Positions 49,635-62,400 of a DNA stretch of 64,000 nt are shown here, piece by piece; within the stretch, counting starts at the first letter, position 1, and each line of letters begins with the position of its first letter. Where the stretch lies: positions 32,932,304-32,996,303 of the forward strand of contig NC_092671.1 in assembly GCF_964355755.1 (NCBI RefSeq), in the 5' to 3' direction. The notes beneath the pieces were generated by a model. It worked only from the letters and a program-made list of their open reading frames with translations. It was not told the DNA's origin and did not search any database. A program made the translations under genes and the position numbers. The DNA comes from Antedon mediterranea (taxonomy: Eukaryota; Animalia; Echinodermata).

Positions 49635-49964
49635 ATGGCTATGGTATCGAATTCATCTGGTGTGCAACGATCTGGAAGAAATGGAAATAGAATTGAGACT
49701 ACTACTTTCACTGAGGAAGTGGAGATTACTGGACCAGTAGATTTGAATACCGGTATTGTTGGTGAAGGAGGCAGAATTAATACGAGAAGAATTGTGTCTA
49801 TGAGCTCTGAGCAGCTAAATGAAGGAAATGTTGACCGTCAGCAGATAAATAATGTAAATGTTTATACGAGTAATCCTCCTGCACTTATGGACAAAGAAGA
49901 AGGTGGGTGCTGTGACTTAACCTGTTTACGTCGATGTATTTGTTGCCTCATCGGAAGGGAGTGA
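49635..49964 (+). CDS. Small orphan protein C (109 aa) with Cys-rich C-terminal tail
   Basis: Acceptor tatcgatttgcag 49577 resembling gene B's; coding-like composition; ends GGCCDLTCLRRCICCLIGRE. Confidence 0.55.
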   Translation: MAMVSNSSGVQRSGRNGNRIETTTFTEEVEITGPVDLNTGIVGEGGRINTRRIVSMSSEQLNEGNVDRQQINNVNVYTSNPPALMDKEEGGCCDLTCLRRCICCLIGRE

Positions 49965-50469
49965 TTTTTCCCCAATAAGGGAGAATAACATGATATATAA
50001 TAATAGTATGCTGCAGCTGGGTAACGTTCACATTGATCCCAGATTTGGTCCGGTGGACGGAGAGGCTCCGGACTACGCCGGGTATCGGAATGTATAGTTA
50101 TGAAAGGTTATTCTTATCCTTCCGGTCATCGGCGGACCGCAATCCGAGTTCAGTGTGAATGTAGCGTTAGAATCATATTGTGATTATATTATGCCTAATT
50201 AATGTACCGGTAATTAGCAAATACAATTTTTGTGAAAATAGAACAATAGTAAAATAAAATAAAGACTTGAAAGAATTTCATTTAGCTTCGATTTTGTATA
50301 GATGACAAATTTCGTTTTTGTAAAAGCACAAGTTAACGGAGTACTTACTCGAACGTTTCGATCTCTATCAGAGATCCTTCTCAACTGACTGCGGAGTGTT
50401 AATGCAGCTTGGTCTCGCATCAACTCACATCATCCACTCGAACACAAACTGGGGCTTATAAACACGCTT

Positions 50470-51258
50470 GTGGACAGAGCTGAGAAGGTAGTGGGAGATA
50501 TGGATTTGAGGAAAGTTGAGATGGATAACATCAAGAAAGCGTTACACAACTGCCAGTATCCAGAGTGGTCCTTCCAGAGAGTTATGGAAAACCGAAAAAG
50601 AAAAAAGAACAAAGGACACGAACCACAGAAGGAAAAGATCAAGATGCGAGGTAGCATAGGAATCCCCTATGTAAAAGGAATGGCAGAAAGAATACGACGC
50701 ACTCTCTCCTATCACAATGTCGGAACCTATTTCCTACCCCAAAATAAAATCAAGAATAGCCTCGTCCACCCAAAAGATAAAATCGAGAAGATGGATACAT
50801 GTGGAGTAATCTACGAAGTCACCTGCCGCAACTGTCCACAAGTTTACATTGGGGAAACAGGGAGGGCATTACAAACACGAATTAATGATCACAAAAAAGA
50901 TGTTACAACAAACACGGGGGGAGTAATGACTAGGGCCTCCAGAACATCCACATCTTCGATCATACACAAATCTGCCATTACAGAACATGTCATAAAACAC
51001 AATCATGTACCGAACTGGGAGGCTACCATCTTAACCAAAGAGCCTAAACGCAAAGACAGACAGATTAGAGAATCATTACATATAAGGAGAAATAAAGAGA
51101 AGACCATGAACCGGGACACTGGAGCCCACGAACTCTCGCATTTGTACAATGATTTGATAGACACATCACCTGGCCGAGCCCCGCACAACCTCCAACCTAC
51201 AACCGGAGGCGTACAACGTCATCAACAGATGACGTCAAGAATGACCAAGCTGCATTAA
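50470..51258 (+). CDS. Penelope ORF fragment: RT thumb and GIY-YIG endonuclease
   Basis: IPYVKG, LVHPKD, GVIYEVTCRNC..VYIGETGRALQTRINDH, SAITEH, RESLHI, MNRD. Confidence 0.9.
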   Translation: MDRAEKVVGDMDLRKVEMDNIKKALHNCQYPEWSFQRVMENRKRKKNKGHEPQKEKIKMRGSIGIPYVKGMAERIRRTLSYHNVGTYFLPQNKIKNSLVHPKDKIEKMDTCGVIYEVTCRNCPQVYIGETGRALQTRINDHKKDVTTNTGGVMTRASRTSTSSIIHKSAITEHVIKHNHVPNWEATILTKEPKRKDRQIRESLHIRRNKEKTMNRDTGAHELSHLYNDLIDTSPGRAPHNLQPTTGGVQRHQQMTSRMTKLH

Positions 51259-51269
51259 CACTCCGCAGT

Positions 51270-51310
51270 CAGTTGAGAAGGATCTCTGATAGAGATCGAA
51301 ACGTTCGAGT
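51270..51310 (+). ncRNA. Minimal hammerhead-ribozyme-like motif in pLTR (mirror copy 50348-50387, minus strand)
   Basis: TTGAGAAG-GATCTCT-gat-AGAGATC-GAAA-CGTT; PLE pLTRs are known to carry minimal hammerheads. Confidence 0.55.
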
Positions 51311-52719
51311 AAGTACTCCGTTAACTTGTGCTTTTACAAAAACGAAATTTGTCATCTATAAAATAAAGACATTATAACCGTATATCCTTATAACATTACT
51401 ATTTTTTATTATAATTATGTATATTAAAAGTTCTGGCCAGAAAATGCGGCATTGGTAATTTTTTTAGTTGCAAGGAATTTTCAATCATTCTACTCGACGG
51501 CCATTGAAGTGGTGAATTTTCCCATACGTTGAATGGAAAGAATCATCATTCATTGAAAGATTGAATGCCGTATTTTCAATTTTCATTGTAAAACACAATA
51601 TTTTCAGTTCGGAGTTATTGAGTTGGACCAGATCTTTTTTGTTTAGGTCTAAATATAAAATCAACACAAGCACCTATACAAACATCATTCTACTCTACTA
51701 AAAAAAGCTTTAACCCACAACTACTCTGATATGGACAATCTTTGTGGCATTGAATCGGTAGACTTTGTTATATCTATTTCTCCATAATCTAGTGTAAAAT
51801 GCTTATTATTTCTGGTATAGTATTGTTGATCACAAACATTTCAGATTTATTTCAAACTGAATGTACTGCTGTTTATAGTTTTAACAAAATGTTTAAATTT
51901 AAAATAATCAATATTGTTGTTCTTTTTAATTTGAAAGAGAGATATGTTGAGGGTTGTAAATGTCAGGCCAGAAACAAAGTTGTATGGCATTCATTTTTCC
52001 ATTAAATAGACTGCCATAAAACCTCGAAAAAGAAGCCCATGTGCTCCTTCATTTTTTAGTACTCTTGGTGGGCTTCTTTTCAACATAGAGTTCTTTTCGA
52101 GATTACTTTTGCAAACCAAGAGGAGCTGCTAGGTTCCCGCCCGGAAAACGTCACTATTTACATGAATTGAACAATCTTATAATAATGTAGGCCTAAAGAT
52201 TAACAACAAATTAACGTAACAATACCATCTTCACTACACCTGCACAAACTAATTTGCATAACAACGCACGGCATACCAAACTGTTTAAAAGAGCTGCAAT
52301 GTCCCCGGAAATGACACCTATATTTTAAAACAAAATAATATATGAAAGTCTTCAGCACCCCACCCCATTAACCCCATTCAAGAACCGAGACAAACTATCT
52401 GTTTAAATGATACGTGCGCCCATACACGCTGACTATACCATACACTTTTATTCATAACATATTACAATACAATATCTTTGCATGAAACGGATATTTCAAA
52501 ATACAGTATGTGGTACGTACGGTAAATTAATAATCTTCTTAAAGAAAATCAAAATTTAACAGTATGGCGTGTTGACCGAGAAAGATTAACAATAACAATA
52601 ACATCTTGACCAGTCGTATTTGAGGTGTAGGTGTCACTTTTTGCAGAATTTACTTCATGTATTTTTTCTGGGGTAATTTTGGCTGTAGAATACGAATATG
52701 AATGTTGATCGCGACGGGG

Positions 52720-53440
52720 AGGGGGCGTTTTTGAGATATGAGGGGTCAAAGGTCAAATTAGGTCAAATAAGTCAGTTTATGAAGAGGAAATCGTTTAGAT
52801 ATGTTAAATGCAACAGAAATGTGTTCTCTAGTTGATATGGTCCAAATAAACATCATATCCAAAATTTATCGAAATCGGACACCGGAAAGTGGGTTAATTG
52901 GCATAAATTCAAAATGGCCGCCATTTACCATTTGAAGTTCCCATATCTCCTCAACGGTTGGTTTTAGACCACCTAAGTGCATTACGAGTAAATATAAATG
53001 TGACATTAAACTTTCAAACTAGCATATTTAAATTACCATATGACGTAACTATGACGTCATAAGGTAGTTGTGACGTCATATATTATGTTATAACTGCTTA
53101 AATGACATTATCCTAAGCTAAAAAAAATGTAGAAACCGCAGGAAAACAATTTTCTAACATTTTCCTGTTGAAATGAACATGATACGGTCAGACATCAAAA
53201 AGGTTAATTAGCATAAATTCAGAATAGCCGCTATATAAATGTGGTATTAAACTTTCCAATTAATATTTAAATTACCATAATTATAACTATGACGTCATAA
53301 GTTAGTAAAGTATGATGTCAAAAGAATGCGCAATTGGCATATTCTAAGAAAAAATATGTTTTAAATCTCATGAAAATAGTAAAACATCCAGGTTAAGATC
53401 ATCAACTGTGTATCCGCATGGGCTCTCGTCGGGGAGCCTA
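52720..53440. mobile_element. Interspersed repeat ending in a GC hairpin (Helitron/Helentron-like)
   Basis: ggtcaaaggtca and aaatggccgccat motifs, internal duplication, terminal GGCTCTC-gtcg-GGGAGCC at 53421-53438. Confidence 0.4.
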
Positions 53441-56400
53441 TCCAATGTCTGGGAACACAGGTACTTTTTGTCGAGTCGGGGAATACTGTAAAAAAATCGT
53501 TGGCGTTCACTTCGTAGCTTCAGCGCCTAGAAAACCACGACGTTCCATTGACCGCGAGTACGTCAGAGGGCTATTATGCATTCATTATTGCCAGCTATCC
53601 AACTATTAAACAATAGGTACGCACTTGTCTGGCGGTATCCCTTTGTACGAATCGTTCAACGTTGTGTCCAAACGCGTGATATCATATTCCATCCAGGGAC
53701 CAAAATGTGTCGTATTATTACTTTCCAGGCGAAGTTTACTGACGGTTACGTTATGTACTGTGTATCGACGTATGCTACAGCAAAAACGAATTATGTTAAT
53801 CTGATACGTTTGTAATGAGTTTAATGTCGTTTAATTCCACCCTTTACCTAAAAGCCATCCTAAATCTGGAGGGGCGAAGCAAATTTGGTTAAATGACACC
53901 CCTAGATGGCCGGAAATGGTATACTCTCGCACATACCATTCATGATAAATAGCACCTCTAATTAGTCGGAAAAGACACTCTCATGCAGCATGCTACCAAT
54001 GAGCAAAACGATCGTATTCGTACCTTTTTTGATCATTCACTTGCGTTCAAGTTCAATGTGAACGTACGTACGTCTAGGGGAATCCCCCAAAAAAGCACTT
54101 TGTGTGAGAAGGCAAATTCAATGCTTATTATAGCTCTACCTATATTTACAGCAATTTGAAGAAATTAAATATTAATCAATCTTCTATTAGTAACCCACAC
54201 TCTAATAATAGTAACCCTCCTTTTAATAGTAATAGTGTAACCCAGTCAATAGTCAATCTATAATAATAACCCACTACTCTAATAGTAATAAGGAGATAAT
54301 GCATGTTGATCTCGGGTGTGGGGGAGGATTGAGTGTTTTTGAGTTTATAAGTTAGTTAGTTAGTTAGTTAGTTAGTTCTGTTCAAACAAATGTGTTTATC
54401 CGTGCTGTTGTATTATTTTGCTATGAGCTGCTGACCGGAATAGTTGGTGTGGGTTACTATTTTCAAGTAATAGTAACCCACTACTCTAATAGTAATCCTC
54501 TTCTAGTAGTAACCCACCCTAAAAAACAATCAAAGAATAATATAATAACCCAGGGTTACAATTAGAAGATTTACGGTATACTTTATGCAAGCTGACTGCC
54601 GTGATCTAAACAATATAGGTACGTACGCTATTGTCTGGCGCACTTCATGAGTAGGCCTACGATACACGCATCAATATCATGTTACATCCAGGGGGATTTC
54701 AGGTGAAAATCGGCAATTCATTTGCAACTCGTAAATTTACAGACACGTATCGCTCGACATACGCTCATACAGTGAAGAAGGTATCGAGTTATTCACGAAC
54801 GAATTTACGAATTTTTCAAATTAACCTTTTGTACTGCGTGGGGCACGTATTTCGAGGATTTTCAGAGATGATGAGGGGGTGAGGTATTGGGCATGTCGGG
54901 AATGGGGGTTCGCCCGAACCATAAAACCCCCCTGGCTACGCGCCTGTACATATACATAGAAAATGCAATAGTTGGCATCATCAAAATACAGTATTACTAT
55001 TATGGAATCAAACCACCATACACGCAAATTCCACATTTATCAGTTGGTCTTTGACATTTTAAACCATAATTATTATATGATGCTGGCTGTTTATTTTGTA
55101 GAATACATTTGGTATGATATAGCCATGTTTATTGGAATTATGTTGGTTCAGGGACAGAGAAACATTGTTTTATGTGATTTTCTACAGCTAGTTCTTTAGG
55201 GCAACCTTATTTTCTGTTATTGTTTAAAACATGATCTCAGTCAGAGAGGAAATATGTTCATGCTAGATAGTAGATGCAGCTTTCGTAATAAATAATACAT
55301 TCAATATCGTTGTAGTATTTTCACAATGTTTCCACCTGAACAATGATGTCAATCAATCGTTGGTTGATAGGGTTGCTGAATGTATGTTATAATCAGCTGA
55401 ATATACGGGTAGTAGTACACAGCATTTATTAGATTTATTTATACAGTAATTAGGCATTGCCTACACTAAAATAAATGTTTTAGCTGTAAGACTACACACA
55501 CGACACCATAATACATCTACACCTACGCTATTATTATGCTAGCTAGTTACTACACTCTACAGCAGAGTACTAAGTAGTAGTAGTAGCCTACTCTAGAAGC
55601 CTGTCAGTGTCAGTAATAATAATATAAGTTCTAGGCCTACACCACCTAAAAATCGGGGGAAAAAATTTAAAAACAGTAGTACACATGTTTATGTAAAGCT
55701 AGCGCTGCATGCAAAATAAGCTAGAGAAAGATATTTCATGCATACGGTCATAATACGCTAGGCTAGTAAAAGACTACCCACTATTCACTTGAGCGAACTT
55801 TATATGCGGTCATCGCGGTTTAAACGTCCTTTGTTTACACACGTCGTATGCTGGAAGCATTCATATTCGGGCCTAGACAATATCATTTTTGATCACTGAA
55901 AACGCGAAAATGAAAAGTTCTAACTAACTTTATACTACACAGTGTATTACTAAAACAATTTCAGCATATAAAACCGATCAGATTTATAAATTATTTTCAC
56001 ATTTACGTGAATAAAATTAACAGCAACGAAGTCTTTTTTAATCCAATTTACTCATAATTATGTAGAAAGTGCGCCCTCTATTGTCTAAATTTGTTTTATT
56101 TTGATTAATTTCGGCTCTCAAAAATCAAGATTTTAAACGTTTATATCTTTAAAAAGCCCCCACGTTAGTCCGATCAACAACCAGATTCGTAATCTACGTC
56201 AAAAAATGCACTAGAAAAAGTTGGTTTGGAAAATTCTGCAGAAAAGTGACACCTGCCTCCAGATCCGACTGGTCTTTACACTACACCTGTATAAACTCAT
56301 TTGAATAACAACTCACGGCATATCAAACTATATACGATGAGATATAAATTCTCTTCAAACACGTGTACCGAATAGAATCTCCTATATATAAATTTACGTA

Positions 56401-59400
56401 AGGGTAAAATTCGGTAAATCGCGTGTTACTTCTAGAATGCTCGATGGTATATAAAGTTGGTTCGTACTTTCGGTACTAATGTTAACCACCTGATTTGATC
56501 AGGTGAATTGAATTGAGTTAGATTTAGTTATTGACAATTAAAGCGAATTTAGGTTCAAAGATTTGCCCCAAATAGGGTTGTTTTCCGATCGTATACACTG
56601 TCTAATGGATGTTTATCTTGAAAACTACCCGCACACAATAATACGAGGATGCTTCATATTTACCTATATCCTTCTACGATAATCTATATATTAATGCTAT
56701 TAAATTCTTTTCCTATTTTTTTTTACGTATCTCCTCCAAAACCACATTTGGCACACTGGTGTGTATTGATGGGATAGGCTTTGTCACTTTCCTGAATTTT
56801 AATATAGCAGTAAATTGACGTCTCAGCGAACATATGTTACACTGTCTATAAAGTATTGTCAATCCATACATGGCGAGGCGGACAGAAGGAAAGTACAATA
56901 TAACACTCCGATCTTAATGTATGAGTGTTTATTGAACACCATTCAATTCATCGCAGTATTGATATCTTAATGATATTTTTACTAAAAACTGGTAAATTAA
57001 CAGAATTAAAATACCTATAAAAACGTCGATGCGAGTCAGCTGCTCGCCATACTGGATCTACGCTTGTTTGAGACAAGAAAGTACACCCTCAATATTAACT
57101 AAATAAATATTTGTTTTACACGAAACAATACATAAAAATGATATCAAGATTTAGTGTAAATAGTGATCTAAGAGCTCAGAGAGCTTTAAAATCCAGCTTG
57201 ATTTGTTAGGCCTACTGTCATTTCATTTTATCCTATAAAAAGAAAATCACTAATAAACTGTCGTTGCCTTGCTCAAGTTATCGTTTTTTTTAAATTTAAA
57301 AATAGGCGGCGCTGTTGAATTTTACATTCAGAATCACAGTAATGGTCTTTAAAAAATTGTGTTCGTACACAAAATGAAAGATGGCGTAGGCCTACTATGC
57401 CCGCCACGTGACCCACAATCATCTAATCAAATGACAGGAATATATTTATATTTAGTTATAATATGAAATTATTCAAGTACTGTAGCATGTTGATCAAATA
57501 AAGATCTATAAACCATTTTAAAATATCGATTTTCCTCATTGTGGGGTACTATCGTGTCTCTTTAACGTGCTACATGACAAAACTAACAACAAATGGTGTT
57601 TTGATAAACACAAATAGGTTCGATTTTCCTGTCGGTTGAATAAACACTTTTTTTTTAAATTTATCGCAGTTATTACCAAAACACCATGGATATTAGATTT
57701 AAGTTCTTCCAATATTGTAACCATTGTTTTTAATACATTGTGTATTCACCATTTAGATAAATCAATGATTCGAGTGCAACATTTACAGCAGATTACGAAA
57801 AGAATTATTCATCTCTTTGATCTGATTATCTTCTAAATGATTGAATTTTGCGCATGCCATAAATTTTGATTGTTTAGGGCCGCTGAATGTAAGGATTCGC
57901 GTGGCAATGAACGCCTGATTGCACTAGATTATTAGTAATATTTCAATTTTGACACCATTCTTACCGAGTCACGAGTTGTAGACCTATATGATATTAAAAT
58001 GATATCAAATACGTTGATTAACCAAACGAGCCTCGGGTTGACGTGAAACTTCTCAAAAGAGAAAATAATGTATAAAATAAGAAAGTATTTTCCAGACACT
58101 GTCAATATCAGAGGAAAAATCAGCACTGTGGTCCTGTTACAACAACAGTTGTCAAAACAATATAGATTATCTGATAAAAATCAAGTAGGAAATCTTTTGC
58201 CATTTTTCCCCTGACTGATATGGAATTTCCGGCCTACAGATTTTTCCAAAAATTTTAAATTTTCGTCCAGAATTATCGACTAGTTATCTTGTCCAAAAAT
58301 AGAGGCACTGTCCATATAATTTCAAATTTTGTCATTTCGTAGTTTCCCAAAATAACTCCATTTTGACAATGGTATGTGAGGCGGGTAACGATACCATGCA
58401 CTGATTTGCATTTGATTTCCTGATTATTGGTAGTTTCTCTATTCTGTACAATTCTGAAATTTACTATATTATTGGACAGCCTCTGTTGTTTTGAAGACAA
58501 TCAATTTTTAAATCTTTTTTTTCCTTTTTTTTTCATAAGCGTATTGAATATGTTGATAATAATTTGCATGTTTGTTTATACAAAAATATTTTGGTATAAT
58601 TGAAAAAATGTCCACACTAAAGAACAATATCAACTGTTAAATGAGAAACGAATTCGAAATATGAATATTATTTCGTACTATCATGAAGGGGTCCGCCTTC
58701 TTGCAAATGTCTATGCGATCATTGTCAATGCTTTTTTTAGGCCTATTGTTTAATTGAACTATTCAATAGTCACAGGTAAATGACATCGTGTCTTTAAATA
58801 ACTGAATTAATTCGTATCGATAGGCCTAAACGATCGACCTTAATTGAACCGGTAATAGTGCAATCGTGTGGGTCAAAAAAGGTAACATACAGGTCAATAA
58901 TAATTCACACAATAAAAAAACTATAATTGTTAACAAACAAATGACAAACACTTTGTTTTCTGTTTCTCTATTAAGTGTTTTATAATGATGATCAACATGT
59001 TATTATCCTCGCTAACCTTAATTTGCCCAGAAATAAATCCATTGTTTTCAGTATTGCTTTGATAGTCAAAGCTGCCAAAATTGTCACGGTTTTTAGATAA
59101 ATAAATTTTATAAATCTGCTATGTTAACAATAACAATGGTAAGTATTTAGGCAAACAATCTGTTAACAATAATTTATATTGTGTGTGTTATCATCATTTT
59201 AATTGTTATTGTTTACGTGATAGATTATTTATTTCATACAATAGAAAAGTACGACAGTTCGCGTGGCTGTTTACGGTTGGCTGAGCATATGTGTACTTAC
59301 ACTTTTATTTACACCTTTCATTAGAACCACGAGCATGGATTCAAGCGTGAAGTAAATGCTCATGCCTGTCACAGGTAGGTACAGGATTATTACAGGTGCG

Positions 59401-62400
59401 AACAGAACAATGGTTGAAAGTCAATTTTCTACCCAGCAACGAACTATAAATAACACTAGGTATTTTTGTTTTTCTGTTTTATGATCCATTATTCTGTTGT
59501 GACAATGCAATGCCAGTCAGTACCACCCTCACAAATGGTAATATTAAGGACTAAAAATAAAGACACGCTTATCCGGGCCTGGTAAGTGTTACATCATGCA
59601 TTTACCTCCATGCTTATTAGCCTATATCAGGCCTACACTATAATATTGAACTTTTGACAAAACACAATTAAATTATGTTAAATTAAGTGTAAGAACATCC
59701 CCACTACAATAAGATTCCCTGGACAGTCTCGTGTTCGAGAAAATAAATAAAAATAGTTCGTATTTTACTTTCAAATGTGAATTCTTTTGTATTCTAGTTA
59801 GGCTAAATCTCATTTTAAAAATCGGAACTTCCAAGCAAATTAATAATATGACGTTAACGTTGTCGTAACAATTTCAAATGGCTGAACTAGAGGAAACATT
59901 GAATATAAACCACTAACGGAAGAAAAAGTATTCGATATAAGAAGAAGGGACTAGAGAAAGAGTTAGAGGCATGAGAAAAATAAAGTTAAGCCAACATGAC
60001 GTGAAGAGCTTACGACGACAGAAAGAAATGAAAGAAAACATACAATTGAAGAAGAAGAATCGCCCTATAGGCATTTTCTTCGTTTTTCCAATGCAAATTC
60101 CTGAAAATCTTAAGTAGTAGGCCTATGGCAAGCATTTCACACTTCTTCATGGTTTTGTTGAAATAATTTGTTTGTTTAAGAATAAAAAAATGTATTAAGG
60201 GTGTCTGGACCGACTTTTTCATTTCATTTCATATCGTTAGCTATAAAGATGGCATTGTAGGCCTGATACAGTTTGAAAAATGTACAATTATAATTATAGA
60301 CGCAGAAAATATACTGCACAAAAATGTCTCAACTAACGTATTCAATTAATAAATAGTTTATCATCACCAGCTGATGGAACACCCACGATCCTAAATACAA
60401 TACCCAATTTGTGGCATCAAAAAAGAAATAGATAATCAATTTAAGAAAAAAGACTATTAGGCCTATGTCTTCGTTTTTGATCCATTAATTTCCAGTAAAT
60501 AAAACCCTTTCGCAAGTGCGCCCATATCATATTTTATAGAATCATTGCTCTAGAATGATTAGCTATATTAACATGGAGTAAAGAAAAAGTTTTAAAGAAA
60601 TAGTAGATATACTAGAAAAACAAACTATAAGGCCTAACTGCGTTATCTTAAGGCCTGCATTATAATGTTGATGCGTTTAAGATTCTCCGAAATCTCGATG
60701 CGCGATGAGCAAAAATTAGGTATCTCGTCATTTCTATTTTTAATAATTGACACGTGACTGCCATTACTTTATTTAATTTTCCACCTACAACACACTTTTT
60801 TCATTGCCTATTACATATATTTTATCATAGTATATTAGAACTCGCTTTGAGTGATTTTTGTTTAAAATTTTATGGCACATATAGAGATATAAAAAACATT
60901 GAAAACCAACGTTTTACAATAGCAAAAATATAAAAGTTGTTAATTCAGCAGAGGGTGTAAGGTTGTTACAGATCTGATTTCATTGAAAGAACAAAAATGA
61001 TGGCAGGCTTCAGGTACGTATAATCCATCTGATGTGTTCGCGATCGCGAAAAATAGGCTAGGCTGGTGGTTGACTTTTCATATGTCACAGGAAAACAATG
61101 GGATTTTAAATATCATATCTACAGCTATTTTAAACAATTTCAGGTATGTTCATTTAATAATAATATTGTGATCCACAACATTTGAAATCATTTCCAGTTT
61201 TTTTTAAATCCATGTTGTTTGTTAGGCCACAAGCTGCTTGATGATGAGGCGACTGAGTGACAGTGACACCCAACTCGTGGCCAGGCTTTTTAGTAGGCTG
61301 GTAGTAGTGTCAGTGTGGATCAGTGTCAGGTCAGCCTAGACCTACAAATTGCACTCCTCACTCAACACATTATGAGACATAGGTAGGGCCTACTAGCTAC
61401 TAGGCTAGAAGTATTTAAGTGTGTGTTTTACTCCTGTCGTCAGTTGACAGAAGTTGACTGTACAGTGAAGACAGTGAGTTTGAAAGGCCTGAGTGAGGAC
61501 GTACAATTACAATTAAATTAGGCCTATAGATAGGGCCTACGGCCTAGGCTAGGCGTACTCTGTCTGTACATATGAATGCTAACTGGCCAGCTAGATCAAT
61601 CATAACCAATCTTCAATAACATGTCAACGCAAACATACTAGGCATAGATAGGCCTAGTCACAGTGAATCCAGCATATTATATTATTAATTTACTGTATAA
61701 TGTTTAAAATAAACAATAGGCCTAGGCCTACTATATTCCACAGCAGTAAGTTGAAGTACTAGCCTATATAACTTGACTAAAATTGTACTTTGTTCACATT
61801 CAAAATACTATATTCTGTTTAGTGTTAATTAATAATAATCAATACAATGGAAAAACAAATTTAATTAACACAAAAAAAATTCCCAATCAAGATTCAAATT
61901 TATTATTTTACAGTTTGTATTTATGTTGAAATATATTTATTCTTAAAAAAAGCATGATATTAGGAAAATGTTTTGTTTAAATTTCAAAAGTAAAACCATA
62001 CTGTAACAGAAAAACCATACTGTAACAGAAAAAAACACCACCCTATATTTCCCCCACCAAAAATCCCCTTGTAATTGTATACAGTATTGTTAAAAAAAAC
62101 AATGATTTTTCTGGATGTTGAGTGTAGAAATTATCATTGTTATAACAAGCGGTGTCAGTTTTCACTTCAATACTACTATAATACAGCAATAAATAATGCT
62201 ACTACTATTGACGTCATCAAATGATACCCATGGTAATACAATGAATTATTCATTACCTGCCAAATATGGTCATTTGCCATCTATCGCCTCAGGTTTTTCA
62301 TTAATCGTTGAAGTGGAACCAGTTTACGCATACTTAATTGACAGAGAGGATCGTTCAAGTGTTTCATGTACTGTATCATGTTTTATATTTTTAAACTGTA

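Larger units (their letters stand above)
50267..51360 (+). mobile_element. 5'-truncated Penelope-like retroelement with inverted pLTR
   Basis: 118-bp inverted repeats 50297-50414/51243-51360, 30-bp tail, 13-bp TSD ATAAAATAAAGAC (50254-50266, 51358-51370). Confidence 0.92.

Noticed and set aside
60940-61150. Possible first exons of a plus-strand gene (donors at ~61014 and ~61144)
   Set aside because: No frame joins without stops and no downstream coding exon is visible; could be UTR but is unsupported.
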